From the NCBI GenBank assembly GCA_964527875.1, contig CAZGOR010000001.1, positions 1 to 60,591 of the forward strand: a stretch of DNA of 60,591 nucleotides, written 5' to 3'. The notes below the pieces were generated by a model. That model had not been told where the DNA came from. It worked only from the letters and a program-made list of their open reading frames with translations, and ran no database searches. The stretch comes from an uncultured Bacteroides sp. Its GTDB lineage: Bacteria; Bacteroidota; Bacteroidia; Bacteroidales; SM23-62. This document shows positions 8,991 through 19,104 of this stretch, piece after piece. Each line of letters opens with the position of its first letter. Position 1 is the first letter of the stretch. A program made the position numbers and the translations under genes.

Positions 8991-10295
8991 TTATTCTCTC
9001 CTGTTATTCCTCGTTGCAAATAAATCTTCTTGATCCACAACTTCAATAAGACTACCATCTTCCAATTTATTAATAATAGCTGTGTAAGGAGCAACAACAA
9101 CTTCTTCACCCAGCTCAAGCCCTTCTAATATTTCTATATAATTATTATCCTGTATACCGGTCTCCACAATTTTCATTACAATGTTATCATCTTTGACAAC
9201 GAACACAACTTCTCTTTCAATTTCGTCATCGATGTTATCTGTTTCCAGCTGTTCAGCATTTTCGACTTTTTCTTCAATGATGGAGTCAGATTTTGTGGTA
9301 ATAGCCTGGATTGGTACAGTCAGGATATCATTTTTAATCTCTGTCTGAATATCAACAGTTGCTGACATTCCTGGTCTGAAAGGATTGGTATATCCCTGTT
9401 CTATCAGGAACTGGTAAGAGTTTTGGAGAAGAAATACTTTAACATCAAAATTAGTAACCTGATCGGTAGCCAGTCCTGTGGTACTTGCTGAATTTGCAAT
9501 TTCGGTCACAACGCCTTTAAAACTCTCACCCAGGAATGCATCAACCTCAATGATGGCTGTATCATTCATGCTAACACGAACAATATCATTTTCATTTACT
9601 TCAACCTTAACTTCCATACGGTTCAGATCCGCGATCCGCATGAGTTCAGTTCCTGTCATTAAGGAGGTGCCGACAACGCGTTCACCCTTCTCGATATTAA
9701 GCATGGAAACTGTTCCTGTCATGGGTGCGTAAATGGAAGTTTTTATCAGATTTTCTTCAGCTTCATTAAGAGAAGCTTCGGCACTTTTCACCGAATATTT
9801 TGCCGATTCAAGTTCAGCTTCTGCCATACGGTAATTTGCCAGTGCACTTTCATATTCAGATTCAGAAATAGCTTTTTGATCCCATAAGGTCTTATTTCTG
9901 TTATATGATAATTCGCTCTGGATGAATTGTGCTTCTGCCTGAGCGAGCCTTGCTTTTGCAGAATTCAGGGCAGCCTCGGTCCGGTCTCTAGCGGATATAT
10001 ATGTATCCGGTTTAATCTTTACCAGTAATTTCCCATGTTCCACATGATCACCTTCTTTTACATTGAGTTCAACAATTTCTCCTGCTACCTCAGGGCTAAG
10101 TTTGACTTCTGTTTCAGGCTGTATCTTGCCATTTGCTGTAATGGTTTCAATAATACTTCTTTTTTCAACCTTTTCAACGGCTACCCTGATGGCATCCTCT
10201 TTCCCGAACCATCCAACTTTCTTCCCAACAACAGCAAGGACAATAAAAACAGCTGCGATAATGATGACATAAGTTAGAATTTTCTTGGTTTTCAT
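8991..10295 (-). CDS. efflux transporter periplasmic adaptor subunit (HlyD/MacA-like)
   Basis: 434 aa. N-terminal TM anchor, a coiled-coil hairpin region (ARLAQAEAQF...AEAELESAKYSVKSAEASL), and beta-barrel/lipoyl-like segments. Confidence 0.85.
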   Translation of the reverse strand: MKTKKILTYVIIIAAVFIVLAVVGKKVGWFGKEDAIRVAVEKVEKRSIIETITANGKIQPETEVKLSPEVAGEIVELNVKEGDHVEHGKLLVKIKPDTYISARDRTEAALNSAKARLAQAEAQFIQSELSYNRNKTLWDQKAISESEYESALANYRMAEAELESAKYSVKSAEASLNEAEENLIKTSIYAPMTGTVSMLNIEKGERVVGTSLMTGTELMRIADLNRMEVKVEVNENDIVRVSMNDTAIIEVDAFLGESFKGVVTEIANSASTTGLATDQVTNFDVKVFLLQNSYQFLIEQGYTNPFRPGMSATVDIQTEIKNDILTVPIQAITTKSDSIIEEKVENAEQLETDNIDDEIEREVVFVVKDDNIVMKIVETGIQDNNYIEILEGLELGEEVVVAPYTAIINKLEDGSLIEVVDQEDLFATRNNRRE

Positions 10296-10338
10296 TTCAT
10301 TAACAATTACACATAGTGAATATTAAGAATGCAATATT

Positions 10339-11712
10339 TTATAGTTCATTCAGGGTCAATGGAATACCCCTGTAAAAATCCAGGATTTTCGTTTTAAAGA
10401 TGTAATCATATTTAGCCTGGAGAAGATCAGATTGGGTTCTTGTAAGCCTGTTTTTTTCCGCATTGTAATCAACAGTGTTTACCAGTCCAACCTCAAATTT
10501 TTGCTCGGTATACATAAATGATTCTTCCATGGATACCAATGCCTGCTGGGTGGCAAGATATTTTTTTTGGGCGGCTACAGCATCTGCATAGGCCTGCTGG
10601 ATATCTTTATAGAGGTTGTTCCGTTCTGTTTCGAGCAATAGCCTGGAATTCATAAGACCCAGACGCGCGTTACTGATATTGGTATTAACCATCCATCCGT
10701 TGAAAATCGGGATACGAAGGCCAAGAGAGAGGGTGGTGCTCCTGTTATCCTGAACCTGGTCAGGAAATGGATATGGCTCGAATTCACCAGTTGCAGGATT
10801 GAGTCTTTCCCTGATATCAGAATAGCCTGTGCTTAAGGAACTACTCAGGTTAAGACTTGGCATTCTTGCTCCCTTAGCTATAGCCAATTCTTTTTCTGAA
10901 CTGGCAAGTTGATATTCGTAAGACTTGATCTGTGGCATTACCGTAAGGGCTTCATTATACACGGAATTCACGGATACCAGGAATTCTTTTGCTGCAATGT
11001 CGCCGAATTCAGGTATTTCAATAGTAAAATCACCGACCGAGTCGAGATCAAGAAGTTGCGTGAGGTTCAGATAGGATATATCAAACTGGTTTTTAGCGCT
11101 GATCACATTCAACTCTTCAGATGCTGCCTGGGCTTGTATTTCAAGCAGAGCTCCCCGGGCCACACTCCCGGCCTCGACGAGTTTCTGTGTTCGGGTTACC
11201 TGCAATTGGGTAATCTTCAGCTGGCTTTCCGCAATTCCAAGTAATTCGGTGTTAAAAAGGATCTGTAAATAAGATGCCGCGATTGCCAGCGCGATATCAT
11301 TTTTGAATCTTTCAAGATCCTGGAGACTGGCCAGTAAATTGAATTCATTCTGTTTGACCGTATTCAATTGTTGAAGTCCGCTGAATAATGTCACCGAGGT
11401 ATTGAGATTCATATTCAAAGACATAATGCGCTGATCTTCGGTAAATTCATAAGTTGTTTGATCCAGTGCACGGCCCCAGGAAAATCCGTATGAGGAACCT
11501 GCATTCAGGTCTGGTGCAAGATTGATCTTTGACTGTTGAAGAATATTTGAATTGTATTCAGTATTAATTACTTGCTGTTTGATTACAAGATTATTGTCAA
11601 AGGCATACTGGATACAATCCTCCAGTTTCCATACCTGTTGTGCAGTTACAATTCCGGAATTCAACAAAATAAAAACCTGGATCAGACAGAGGAAATTTTT
11701 AATATGTTCCAT
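10339..11712 (-). CDS. TolC family outer-membrane efflux protein
   Basis: 457 aa. Signal peptide, a duplicated OEP-type repeat architecture, and the N-terminal motif LEDCIQYAFDNNLVIKQ typical of TolC-like proteins. Confidence 0.85.
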   Translation of the reverse strand: MEHIKNFLCLIQVFILLNSGIVTAQQVWKLEDCIQYAFDNNLVIKQQVINTEYNSNILQQSKINLAPDLNAGSSYGFSWGRALDQTTYEFTEDQRIMSLNMNLNTSVTLFSGLQQLNTVKQNEFNLLASLQDLERFKNDIALAIAASYLQILFNTELLGIAESQLKITQLQVTRTQKLVEAGSVARGALLEIQAQAASEELNVISAKNQFDISYLNLTQLLDLDSVGDFTIEIPEFGDIAAKEFLVSVNSVYNEALTVMPQIKSYEYQLASSEKELAIAKGARMPSLNLSSSLSTGYSDIRERLNPATGEFEPYPFPDQVQDNRSTTLSLGLRIPIFNGWMVNTNISNARLGLMNSRLLLETERNNLYKDIQQAYADAVAAQKKYLATQQALVSMEESFMYTEQKFEVGLVNTVDYNAEKNRLTRTQSDLLQAKYDYIFKTKILDFYRGIPLTLNEL

Positions 11713-11763
11713 ATTTTTACTGTTGCTTTATAAAAAAGAAGTTTCAAATATAATTATATTATT

Positions 11764-12489
11764 GTGAGTCTGACTGAGAAAATAATCGAATATAAGGATT
11801 TTGGAGAAATAATAATAAAGAAAAGTCCGAATACAAAAAGACTTTCCATATCTGTCAAGCCTTTTGAAGGGATCAGGGTCACGATACCCGTTCTGGTTAG
11901 TTTTAAAAAAGCTGAAAGATTTATTGAGGAAAAAGAAAGCTGGCTGCGCCGGACAATCAGGAATGTCAGGGATATGGAAAAAAGTTATTCAGTCTTTGAT
12001 TATGATACCGAATTCAATACAAAAGAACACACCATAGAGATTATCAGGATAGAAGGTGAAAATCCAAAAGTTATACTGAAAGACAGTAAGGTAAGTGTAT
12101 ATATTCCAGGCACAAGGGATATCAAAGAGAAAGAGATCCAGGAAATGATCAGATGGGGTATTGAGGCAGCCTGGAGAAAAGAAGCAAAAAAATACCTTCC
12201 TGCAAGAACACGGGAATTGGCAAGGCTTCATGGATTTTACTATAAAAAGGTGATCATTAAAAATAACCGTACGAGGTGGGGTAGTTGTTCAGATAAGAAT
12301 AACATTAACCTGAGTCTTCATCTCATGAGATTGCCAAAGCATCTGTGTGATTATGTACTGTTGCATGAACTTGTACACACAGTACATAAGAACCATAGCA
12401 AACAATTCTGGAAACTATTGGATAAATTAACGGGGGATGCGAGGGCGCTGGATAAAGAACTTAAGAATTACAGGATAGATATTTATTGA
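11764..12489 (+). CDS. YgjP-like (DUF45/M48-type) metal-dependent hydrolase
   Basis: 241 aa. It has an HELVHTVHKNHSKQFW zinc motif (HExxH) near the C-terminus and an RWGSCS motif upstream, as in the YgjP family. Confidence 0.75.
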   Translation: MSLTEKIIEYKDFGEIIIKKSPNTKRLSISVKPFEGIRVTIPVLVSFKKAERFIEEKESWLRRTIRNVRDMEKSYSVFDYDTEFNTKEHTIEIIRIEGENPKVILKDSKVSVYIPGTRDIKEKEIQEMIRWGIEAAWRKEAKKYLPARTRELARLHGFYYKKVIIKNNRTRWGSCSDKNNINLSLHLMRLPKHLCDYVLLHELVHTVHKNHSKQFWKLLDKLTGDARALDKELKNYRIDIY

Positions 12490-13343
12490 TTCCCGTGTAT
12501 CATTTTCTCAAGTATGTTGTCAAGGGATGCTACTAATTGCATGGCTTTCTTTTTACCAAATATCGAAGTAAATTCCTTCCGGATAAAGCTTTTAATTTCG
12601 GTAAGCCAATCGAGGTAGGATAATGTAGATATCAGGCCCTGTTCCTTCTTTTCCATATACCGTTTGAGGATATTCACTTTTGAATGATATGCAAGATATG
12701 CTTTGATGGATGTACGAAGTTCTTCATCGAGATAATTCTCAATATATTTTAGCTCACTTGGAATCACTTCATACGTTGTTTCATAATAATTACTGAAGGA
12801 ATAATTCCAGCTGATATAATGAATAAAATAGTTGGATATGTTAAAAGCTCTTTTCTCTGCTTTGTTATCCACAGTTTTTAAAAAGATCCTGTTCAGGTTT
12901 TCGCAATAATTTTTTTTGATAGAGTTATCCAAAATATCGGTAATCTCAGTGATATGTTTTTCATATTCAGACGAAAAATTATTTAAAGTGAACTGTTTAT
13001 TTTCAAAAGGTTTCATCAGGATAATGATCCGTCTGATCACATTGATCTCATCACTTAATAACTGGTAAAGAGGGAAGATCCGGTTTGAATATATCTTTTC
13101 AATTTGTTTATCACTGAAATATCCGTCCAGTATCAATTTGTCAAGTTCTTTATCTTTTTTGGTTATTTGGTCAATTTCACTTTCATATATTTCAAATTGC
13201 TCATCTATCCTGCTTTTGATCTGTGCTTTTTTGGCATCAACAATTAACTGGACATACAGGGGGTAAAAGAGCTCTTTCCTATATTCCCTTGGCTTAGCCC
13301 GTTTGTTAAGATAATGTTTGACCGTTATTTTCTTGCTTTCCAT
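12483..13343 (-). CDS. hypothetical protein (N-terminus resembles integrase Arm-type DNA-binding segment)
   Basis: The ORF is open to 13427, but the likely start is MESKKITVKHYLNKR at 13343. The stretch KITVKHYLNKRAKP...YPLYVQLIVDAKKAQIKSR resembles N-terminal arm domains of Bacteroidota integrases. No recombinase catalytic motifs were seen. Confidence 0.4.
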   Translation of the reverse strand: MESKKITVKHYLNKRAKPREYRKELFYPLYVQLIVDAKKAQIKSRIDEQFEIYESEIDQITKKDKELDKLILDGYFSDKQIEKIYSNRIFPLYQLLSDEINVIRRIIILMKPFENKQFTLNNFSSEYEKHITEITDILDNSIKKNYCENLNRIFLKTVDNKAEKRAFNISNYFIHYISWNYSFSNYYETTYEVIPSELKYIENYLDEELRTSIKAYLAYHSKVNILKRYMEKKEQGLISTLSYLDWLTEIKSFIRKEFTSIFGKKKAMQLVASLDNILEKMIHGNQ

Positions 13344-13528
13344 ACAGGAAAGTTTATTAGTTCTGCTAATAATATGTAAATTTAAAAAAATCTGTCTTAA
13401 ATATTTAACACTTTGACATACTTTCAAAATTTATTGATCCTGGAATATAAAATCCGGAATCCTTTTTAGAAGAATCCCGGATTTTCACCATCAAATAGAT
13501 CTAAAAGTTAGACGAAGGAATATCTGAT

Positions 13529-13684
13529 TCAAACAGAGGTTTCAGAATTGTCAGGAAGGTTTTCGAAATCCATTTGCTTTTGTTCGACAATCATCTGCAG
13601 TTGGAACTCATAGTCATGTATAACCTCGTTTGTGTTCACATAATCCCATTCATTTTTATTACAGGCTGTTTTTGTTGTTTTCAT
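13529..13684 (-). CDS. possible small ORF (51 aa), below the ORF-track cutoff
   Basis: Hand translation gives MKTTKTACNKNEWDYVNTNEVIHDYEFQLQMIVEQKQMDFENLPDNSETSV. An exact TAATTTTG (-7 box consensus TAnnTTTG) lies 25 nt upstream on the same strand. Confidence 0.25.
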   Translation of the reverse strand: MKTTKTACNKNEWDYVNTNEVIHDYEFQLQMIVEQKQMDFENLPDNSETSV

Positions 13685-13708
13685 CAATTTAATTTAACAA
13701 TCCGGAAG

Positions 13709-13716
13709 CAAAATTA
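13709..13716 (-). promoter_or_regulatory. candidate Bacteroidota -7 promoter box (TAATTTTG)
   Basis: Exact match to TAnnTTTG on the minus strand, upstream of the 13684 small ORF. Confidence 0.3.
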
Positions 13717-13884
13717 TCAAAGCTTTTTTAACTGAATGTTATGGTAAGGTTAAGTTTAATATTAGTTTTCAGCCAGGTATCAACATTTTGTTTACAAAAT
13801 CGTTGATGCCTGGTTGAAATATACAATCACACCCTACACTCCTTACCCGCAACATTACACTAACTGAGAACCGAGAACTATATC

Positions 13885-14790
13885 CTACCATCTATCAAAG
13901 CGCTTGATTCCTGCTTTTTTTGCCATATCAATTGCAGTATAAAACTCATCATGTGTTATTGGGCGGTTAAATTGGGGATATTCATAAGCTTTTCCATATG
14001 GTCTGTATTGAGGCATGATATTCACATAGGTATTTGTTGAGATATGATTCGCAATATATTCCATAGCTTCTCCTGTTCCTGCCATATTTTCAGGCATAAC
14101 CAGATGTCTGACCAGTAAACCTTTTACAGCAATACCATCGTGACCAAGGATCAGATCACCCACCTGACGGTGCATATCTTTTAGAGCAGCTTTGGCAATT
14201 TCAGGATAATCGGGAGCATTACATGTTAAATCTGAAATATCAGGATCCCAGAATTTGAAATCAGGCATATAAATGTCAATAATCCCTTCAAGCATACTTA
14301 AAGTATCAACAAGATCGTAACCACTGCTGTTATAAACAAGAGGTACACGTAAACCATCATTGATAGCAAGGTTGAGAGATGTCAGTATCTGTGGTATAAC
14401 ATGTGAAGGGGTGACAAAATTTATATTATGGCAGCCAAGGGCTTGAAGGCTCAGCATCATATCTGCAAGTTCCCTGTCTGTGACTTCATGTCCGTGTCCC
14501 TGGTGAGAGATATCATAGTTCTGGCAGAAAAAACACAGCAGGTTACAATGGGTAAAAAAGATGGTTCCTGAACCATGTCGGCCAACCAGTGGTGCCTCTT
14601 CTCCGAAGTGAGGCATATAACTCGATACAAAAGCGTATTCGCCTGTTTTGCAGATACCTGTCTCACCGGATAATCGGTCAGCTTTACATTTTCTCGGGCA
14701 AAGGGTACAGCATTTTAATCTGTCCCTGAGGATAGATAGTCTTTCTTTTAAAATCCCATTATGATAAGTATTGAGGTAAACAGGCTCCAT
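13885..14790 (-). CDS. radical SAM protein, PflX-like (pyruvate formate-lyase activase-related, function unknown)
   Basis: 301 aa. CxxxCxxC cluster motif CNLLCFFC, preceded by an N-terminal Cys-rich CTLCPRKC segment and GSGTIFFTHC, as in COG1313-type proteins. Confidence 0.75.
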   Translation of the reverse strand: MEPVYLNTYHNGILKERLSILRDRLKCCTLCPRKCKADRLSGETGICKTGEYAFVSSYMPHFGEEAPLVGRHGSGTIFFTHCNLLCFFCQNYDISHQGHGHEVTDRELADMMLSLQALGCHNINFVTPSHVIPQILTSLNLAINDGLRVPLVYNSSGYDLVDTLSMLEGIIDIYMPDFKFWDPDISDLTCNAPDYPEIAKAALKDMHRQVGDLILGHDGIAVKGLLVRHLVMPENMAGTGEAMEYIANHISTNTYVNIMPQYRPYGKAYEYPQFNRPITHDEFYTAIDMAKKAGIKRFDRW

Positions 14791-14797
14791 TATCGTA

Positions 14798-14846
14798 AAA
14801 GTTCAAAGTTCAAGGTTCAAAGTTCAAAGTTTAAAATTCAAGGTTT
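14798..14846. repeat. degenerate heptamer array (AAAGTTC-like, 7 units)
   Basis: aaagttc aaagttc aaggttc aaagttc aaagttt aaaattc aaggttt, starting 8 nt upstream of the radical SAM start codon. Confidence 0.85.
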
Positions 14847-14990
14847 GAGACCAGTCCGAAAAGTGACTTTGAAATTATATTTATGGGATAAAGTTCATTA
14901 TATTGTATAATTATCAAGTCATGAGATCCTGAAGCACTCCCGTTGCCCAAACGCTGAACCTGGAACTTAGAACTTAGAACAGGGAACTAC

Positions 14991-15015
14991 AAAAGCCGGC
15001 CTGTGGCCGGCTTTT
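14991..15015 (-). terminator. intrinsic terminator-like hairpin downstream of tRNA-Gln
   Basis: aaaagccggcc-tgt-ggccggctttt. GC-rich 7-bp stem flanked by A4/T4, so it could work in either direction. Confidence 0.6.
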
Positions 15016-15016
15016 G

Positions 15017-15089
15017 TTGACCTACCAGGGTTCGAACCTGGACTCTTCGGATCCAAAATCCGACGTGTTGCCAATTACACCATAGGTCA
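15017..15089 (-). tRNA. tRNA-Gln (anticodon TTG)
   Basis: Hand-folded cloverleaf: acceptor TGACCTA/TAGGTCA, D-stem GTGT/ACAC, anticodon stem TCGGA/TCCGA with loop TTTTGGA, and T-arm CCAGG-TTCGAAC-CCTGG. No CCA is encoded. Confidence 0.9.
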
Positions 15090-15181
15090 GTTCATAAAAA
15101 AGTGGTGCAAAGTTACGAAAAAATGAAATAAATGTAAACCCATTGAAAGTCATATAAAACCCGGACAGGGCCGCGTTTTCT

Positions 15182-16762
15182 TTAATCCGATATCATGATT
15201 TCCCCGTCCTTCGATTGCAAAGTTTTGCCTGCAGCTTCATAAATCCGCGAATGTGGAATATCTTCAATATCATCCAGAAAGTATTTTGTATTCTTGTCGA
15301 GATGGATATATTTCCCTTCAGGTATCTTCATGACAACTTCTGTTTCGGGGGATCTCCATTTAAATACTTTAGACAGTGAAAAATATGGATCAAGTATAAG
15401 GATTGCATCATCCTGTATGTAACGGTATGTGGTATTTTCTGCATTTGCAATGGCACGGACCCTTGATCTGCCCTTTGATCTTTTATTCACGATTACTTCA
15501 AATTGTTCATTATCAGATGACTCAATATCAAGATTGATTTTACCGTATATTTTATTCTCATCTGAAATGATATGCCATTCATCATCATTTTCATCATACC
15601 ATTCTTCCCGGAATCCTTCAATACCAGGTTCATTGTTCATAAGTAACCTGAGGGTATCAGAATTAAATGGTTCAAGATAATTGCTTTCACTTCTTTGACC
15701 GGTTGTAGCGAAATCACTCCCTTCATATATTGGTATCGTTACAAGAAAAATGACACTGAGCAGCCAGAGGACCAGACCGGTTAATCCGATTACTTTATCA
15801 TTGGCTTTAAATCTGAAAATGAGTTTGATACCACCATATATAAGGGCAATGACCGGTATGGCGATAGCCATAAATAAAGCAAAACTGAACAGGGTAATTG
15901 TTTCCGGATCTGAAAGAAAATTGAACATTTCAGGCAGGGGATAGACATGAACAGGTGGCCAGAGGTCTAAGGGGAACAGGGCATGTCTGAAGAAGAAAAC
16001 CGAGGTCAATCCCATGATAGCTGTGATTCCGGTAATGATGAGGGCAATACCAATAATAAACAAGATTAATTTCAAGAAAACAAGAATGATCTGCCCGAGT
16101 GCATGGAATATTTCATCCAGTACATTCCTGGTTTTCTTATATTCCTTCGATTGTTTTACCCTTTTAACGTTTTCTTTTACACTTTCATATTCTTCCTTAA
16201 TTGTTTTTTCGATATTGGAAACAGTTACTTTTTCACCCCGCATTTCAAGTTTTTGAGCAGCTGTTTCAGCTTTTGGTACAACAATCCAGAGGATGATATA
16301 GATGATCGGGATAATTTGTATAGGGAATGTCAGGATAACCAGAAGTAACCTGATAATCCAGGCCTCAATACCAAAATATGCTGCCAGGCCGGCTGCTACT
16401 CCACCAAGGATAGCATTATCAGGATCGCGGTAAAGCCTTCTGTGTCGTTTCCACCTGTATTCTTTTTTTCCTGTTGAAGGTTCTGCTTCCATTGTTTCTG
16501 CATCATAGAAATCCTCCGGCCTTCCCATGATCGCGATGACATCATTCACATCCTTAACGGTGATCACCTGCTTTTTTTCGTTTATTTTTGTTTGAAAGAT
16601 CTCGGCTATTCTTGATTCAATGTCTGAAATAATCTCATTTCCTTCTTCCATGTCACGGAATCTGCTGATGATTGAATCCAGATATTTTTTTAATTCCTGG
16701 TATGCATCTTCATCAAGATTAAATACAATCCCGCTTAAATTGATTTTGACTGTTTTTTTCAT
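15182..16762 (-). CDS. PspC domain-containing membrane protein
   Basis: 526 aa. PspC-type segment LYRDPDNAILGGVAAGLAAYFGIEAWIIRLLLVIL followed by several TM helices. It lies directly downstream of a PadR gene, which is a common Bacteroidota pairing. Confidence 0.8.
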   Translation of the reverse strand: MKKTVKINLSGIVFNLDEDAYQELKKYLDSIISRFRDMEEGNEIISDIESRIAEIFQTKINEKKQVITVKDVNDVIAIMGRPEDFYDAETMEAEPSTGKKEYRWKRHRRLYRDPDNAILGGVAAGLAAYFGIEAWIIRLLLVILTFPIQIIPIIYIILWIVVPKAETAAQKLEMRGEKVTVSNIEKTIKEEYESVKENVKRVKQSKEYKKTRNVLDEIFHALGQIILVFLKLILFIIGIALIITGITAIMGLTSVFFFRHALFPLDLWPPVHVYPLPEMFNFLSDPETITLFSFALFMAIAIPVIALIYGGIKLIFRFKANDKVIGLTGLVLWLLSVIFLVTIPIYEGSDFATTGQRSESNYLEPFNSDTLRLLMNNEPGIEGFREEWYDENDDEWHIISDENKIYGKINLDIESSDNEQFEVIVNKRSKGRSRVRAIANAENTTYRYIQDDAILILDPYFSLSKVFKWRSPETEVVMKIPEGKYIHLDKNTKYFLDDIEDIPHSRIYEAAGKTLQSKDGEIMISD

Positions 16763-16771
16763 GACTTTCTA

Positions 16772-17119
16772 TTATGATTGATTTTTTTCTGATGATTTTT
16801 TATTAATGGAATTGACTGCATCGATCAACTCATTCCATGATTTATGCAATTCTTTCAGCAATTCCCTGCCCTGATCGGTAAGAGCATAGTATTTTCTTGG
16901 AGGTCCCTGGGTAGATTCTTCCCAACGGTAACTGAGAAGCCCGGCATTTTTTTGCCTTGTTAATAGAGGGTATAATGTTCCCTCTACAACGATTAGCTTT
17001 GATTCCTTCAGCTTATTGATGATATCCGTGGCATATGCATCATTTTTTGAAAGAATGGAAAGAATACAATATTCCAGGACTCCTTTCCGCATTTGTGCCT
17101 TTACATTTTCCACGTTCAT
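16772..17119 (-). CDS. PadR family transcriptional regulator
   Basis: The winged-helix segment MRKGVLEYCILSILSKNDAYATDIINKL...GTLYPLLTRQKNAGLL is typical of PadR. The likely start is MNVENV (17119); the ORF is open to 17149. Confidence 0.85.
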   Translation of the reverse strand: MNVENVKAQMRKGVLEYCILSILSKNDAYATDIINKLKESKLIVVEGTLYPLLTRQKNAGLLSYRWEESTQGPPRKYYALTDQGRELLKELHKSWNELIDAVNSINKKSSEKNQS

Positions 17120-17185
17120 AGTATTGATTATTTTAAATATTTTTATCAAATACGTGTTCGATATATATTTATTTGTATTTTACGA

Positions 17186-17300
17186 GTTGTGCGATTAAAA
17201 AAGCTAAGTAATTGAATCATATATTGTTTTGTAGAACCCCGAGAACTCGGGTCGCAGCTCTGCAAATTCTTCATTACTTTAATAATTAATAATTGTGATC
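17186..17300 (+). repeat. MITE-like element, copy C (right end degenerate)
   Basis: The left end gttgtgcgattaaaaaagctaagtaattgaatcata matches copies A and B. The internal hairpin is ccccgagaactcgggt. The right terminal repeat is only partly recognisable, so the end coordinate is approximate. Confidence 0.65.
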
Positions 17301-17812
17301 CAACCTTATTCTCTCCAGTCTTTTCTGTTAATAAATGAAAATTAATAGTTTGATAATCAATGATATAATTTCTTATAGTACTATTATTTATAATATACCA
17401 TATATTACATATAATAAAACAATGCAAAGATATAAAAATATTTTTATACTATGCAATACATAGTACTAAAAATTTTATCTATATAAATTACCGGTGATGT
17501 ATATCTTGAATAAAATATTGTTAATCAATTCTTTGCGATTTTAGTACACACTTTATTAATTTTGCCATATGAAATATTCTTAAAGGATTTTTACTTTGAT
17601 AAATTGTAACAGGATTTGCGTGAAGGCTGTTATTTTAATAAGGTTGTGACACAACCCCTTTTTCTATTGCACTTGACGTAATTGTCACTACTGGTTGACA
17701 ATCAGCAGAACTTTCTTTAAAATTTTTTTGAGCACATTCAATTAATAGTTATATTGCTGAACGAGTATCATATAGTATATATTTTGGAATAACTTTAAAT
17801 TTCTGATTTTCA

Positions 17813-19015
17813 ATGAAATCGTTATTTACAATTCTATTTTCATTTATGATGCTGACAGGTTTTTCAATTTATTCCTGTTGTCAGATTAATGATACGGAAC
17901 TACAGACATTGATTGATCAGTATTTGAATTCAGGTGATACGGGTATAGCAGCAAAAATTTCAGATACTGCTCCTGATTCTAAATATGATCGTTTTTGTCA
18001 GGCATATCAATTAATTGATATTGATAATAAAAAGGGGATTTCACTTTCACTTGATCTGGTAAGGGATTACCCGGATTTTCCTGAGGCTTATTTTGCTCTC
18101 GGAACATTGATGGTAAATGGAACCAGGGACTATATGACGGCGGTATCATACCTTGATACGGCCATTCAGCTGAAGCCGGGATTCACCATGGCCTGGTTCA
18201 ACAGGGGAATAGGCAAAATAGACGCTAATAAATATGAAGAAGCCATAGATGATTTTAACCGCGTACTTGAGTTGGAGAAGAGTAATGTTGGGGCTTATGT
18301 GATGAAGGCTGTTGCTAATTATTATCTTGAAGACTTTGAAATAATAATCCCTAATATTGAGATTGCGCTTCAAATGGATCCATATATCATCTCATCTTTT
18401 TATTATTTACAGGTCAGAAAAACCATTGATAAAGCAATTGAACTTGCTCCTGAGAATGCCAATCTCCATTATGCCCGCGGGTATGCAAATTTTAAGAGCG
18501 GGTATTTCCGACTGGCTGTGAATGATTTCGTTAATGTCATTGAGCTGGTTCCGGGCAATTCAGAATATTATAAAATGTTGGGTGCCGGCAAGATCTATCT
18601 GGATGACGGTCCAGGGGCTGAAGCCGATCTCAGGGTAGCTATGGGGATCAACCCGGATGATCCTGAAATTTATTATTACATGGGCTTACTTGCCAATGAT
18701 GTGCAGGAACAACCTGAAATGGGTTATGAATTCTTAACCCAGGCCATTGAACTGGATCCCTGGGATCCGCTGAATTATTATGAAAGAGCCCGGTCGTTAT
18801 ATGATCTTTCTGAATATGAAACTGCCCTGGCTGATATTGAAAAGGCTATTGAACTGGATAACCGGAATGGTGATTTCTACACACTCCGGGCAATGACGGT
18901 GCTGTTTGGAGAAATTGAATCGGAATATGATTATTGTGAAGATTTCACAAAAGCCGGGGAACTGGGCACTGTATACAAGCTAAAAAGGTATATTAGGAAA
19001 TATTGTAAGGAATGA
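17813..19015 (+). CDS. tetratricopeptide (TPR) repeat protein, secreted
   Basis: 400 aa. Signal peptide and multiple 34-residue TPR-like units (for example AWFNRGIGKIDANKYEEAIDDFNRVLELEKSN). Confidence 0.8.
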   Translation: MKSLFTILFSFMMLTGFSIYSCCQINDTELQTLIDQYLNSGDTGIAAKISDTAPDSKYDRFCQAYQLIDIDNKKGISLSLDLVRDYPDFPEAYFALGTLMVNGTRDYMTAVSYLDTAIQLKPGFTMAWFNRGIGKIDANKYEEAIDDFNRVLELEKSNVGAYVMKAVANYYLEDFEIIIPNIEIALQMDPYIISSFYYLQVRKTIDKAIELAPENANLHYARGYANFKSGYFRLAVNDFVNVIELVPGNSEYYKMLGAGKIYLDDGPGAEADLRVAMGINPDDPEIYYYMGLLANDVQEQPEMGYEFLTQAIELDPWDPLNYYERARSLYDLSEYETALADIEKAIELDNRNGDFYTLRAMTVLFGEIESEYDYCEDFTKAGELGTVYKLKRYIRKYCKE

Positions 19016-19104
19016 AGAAGTCCGGTAGGATCCAATTTCAGGCAGGAAAAAATTTTCCAATATTCGAATCCGTGTCGGGATTGAGATTTGTCCTGTCATC
19101 CATT

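Noticed and set aside
17146-17427. 93-aa minus-strand ORF upstream of PadR
   Set aside because: It runs through MITE copy C and very AT-rich DNA, has an Ile/Asn/Tyr-rich composition, and shows no recognisable domain. It is most likely spurious.
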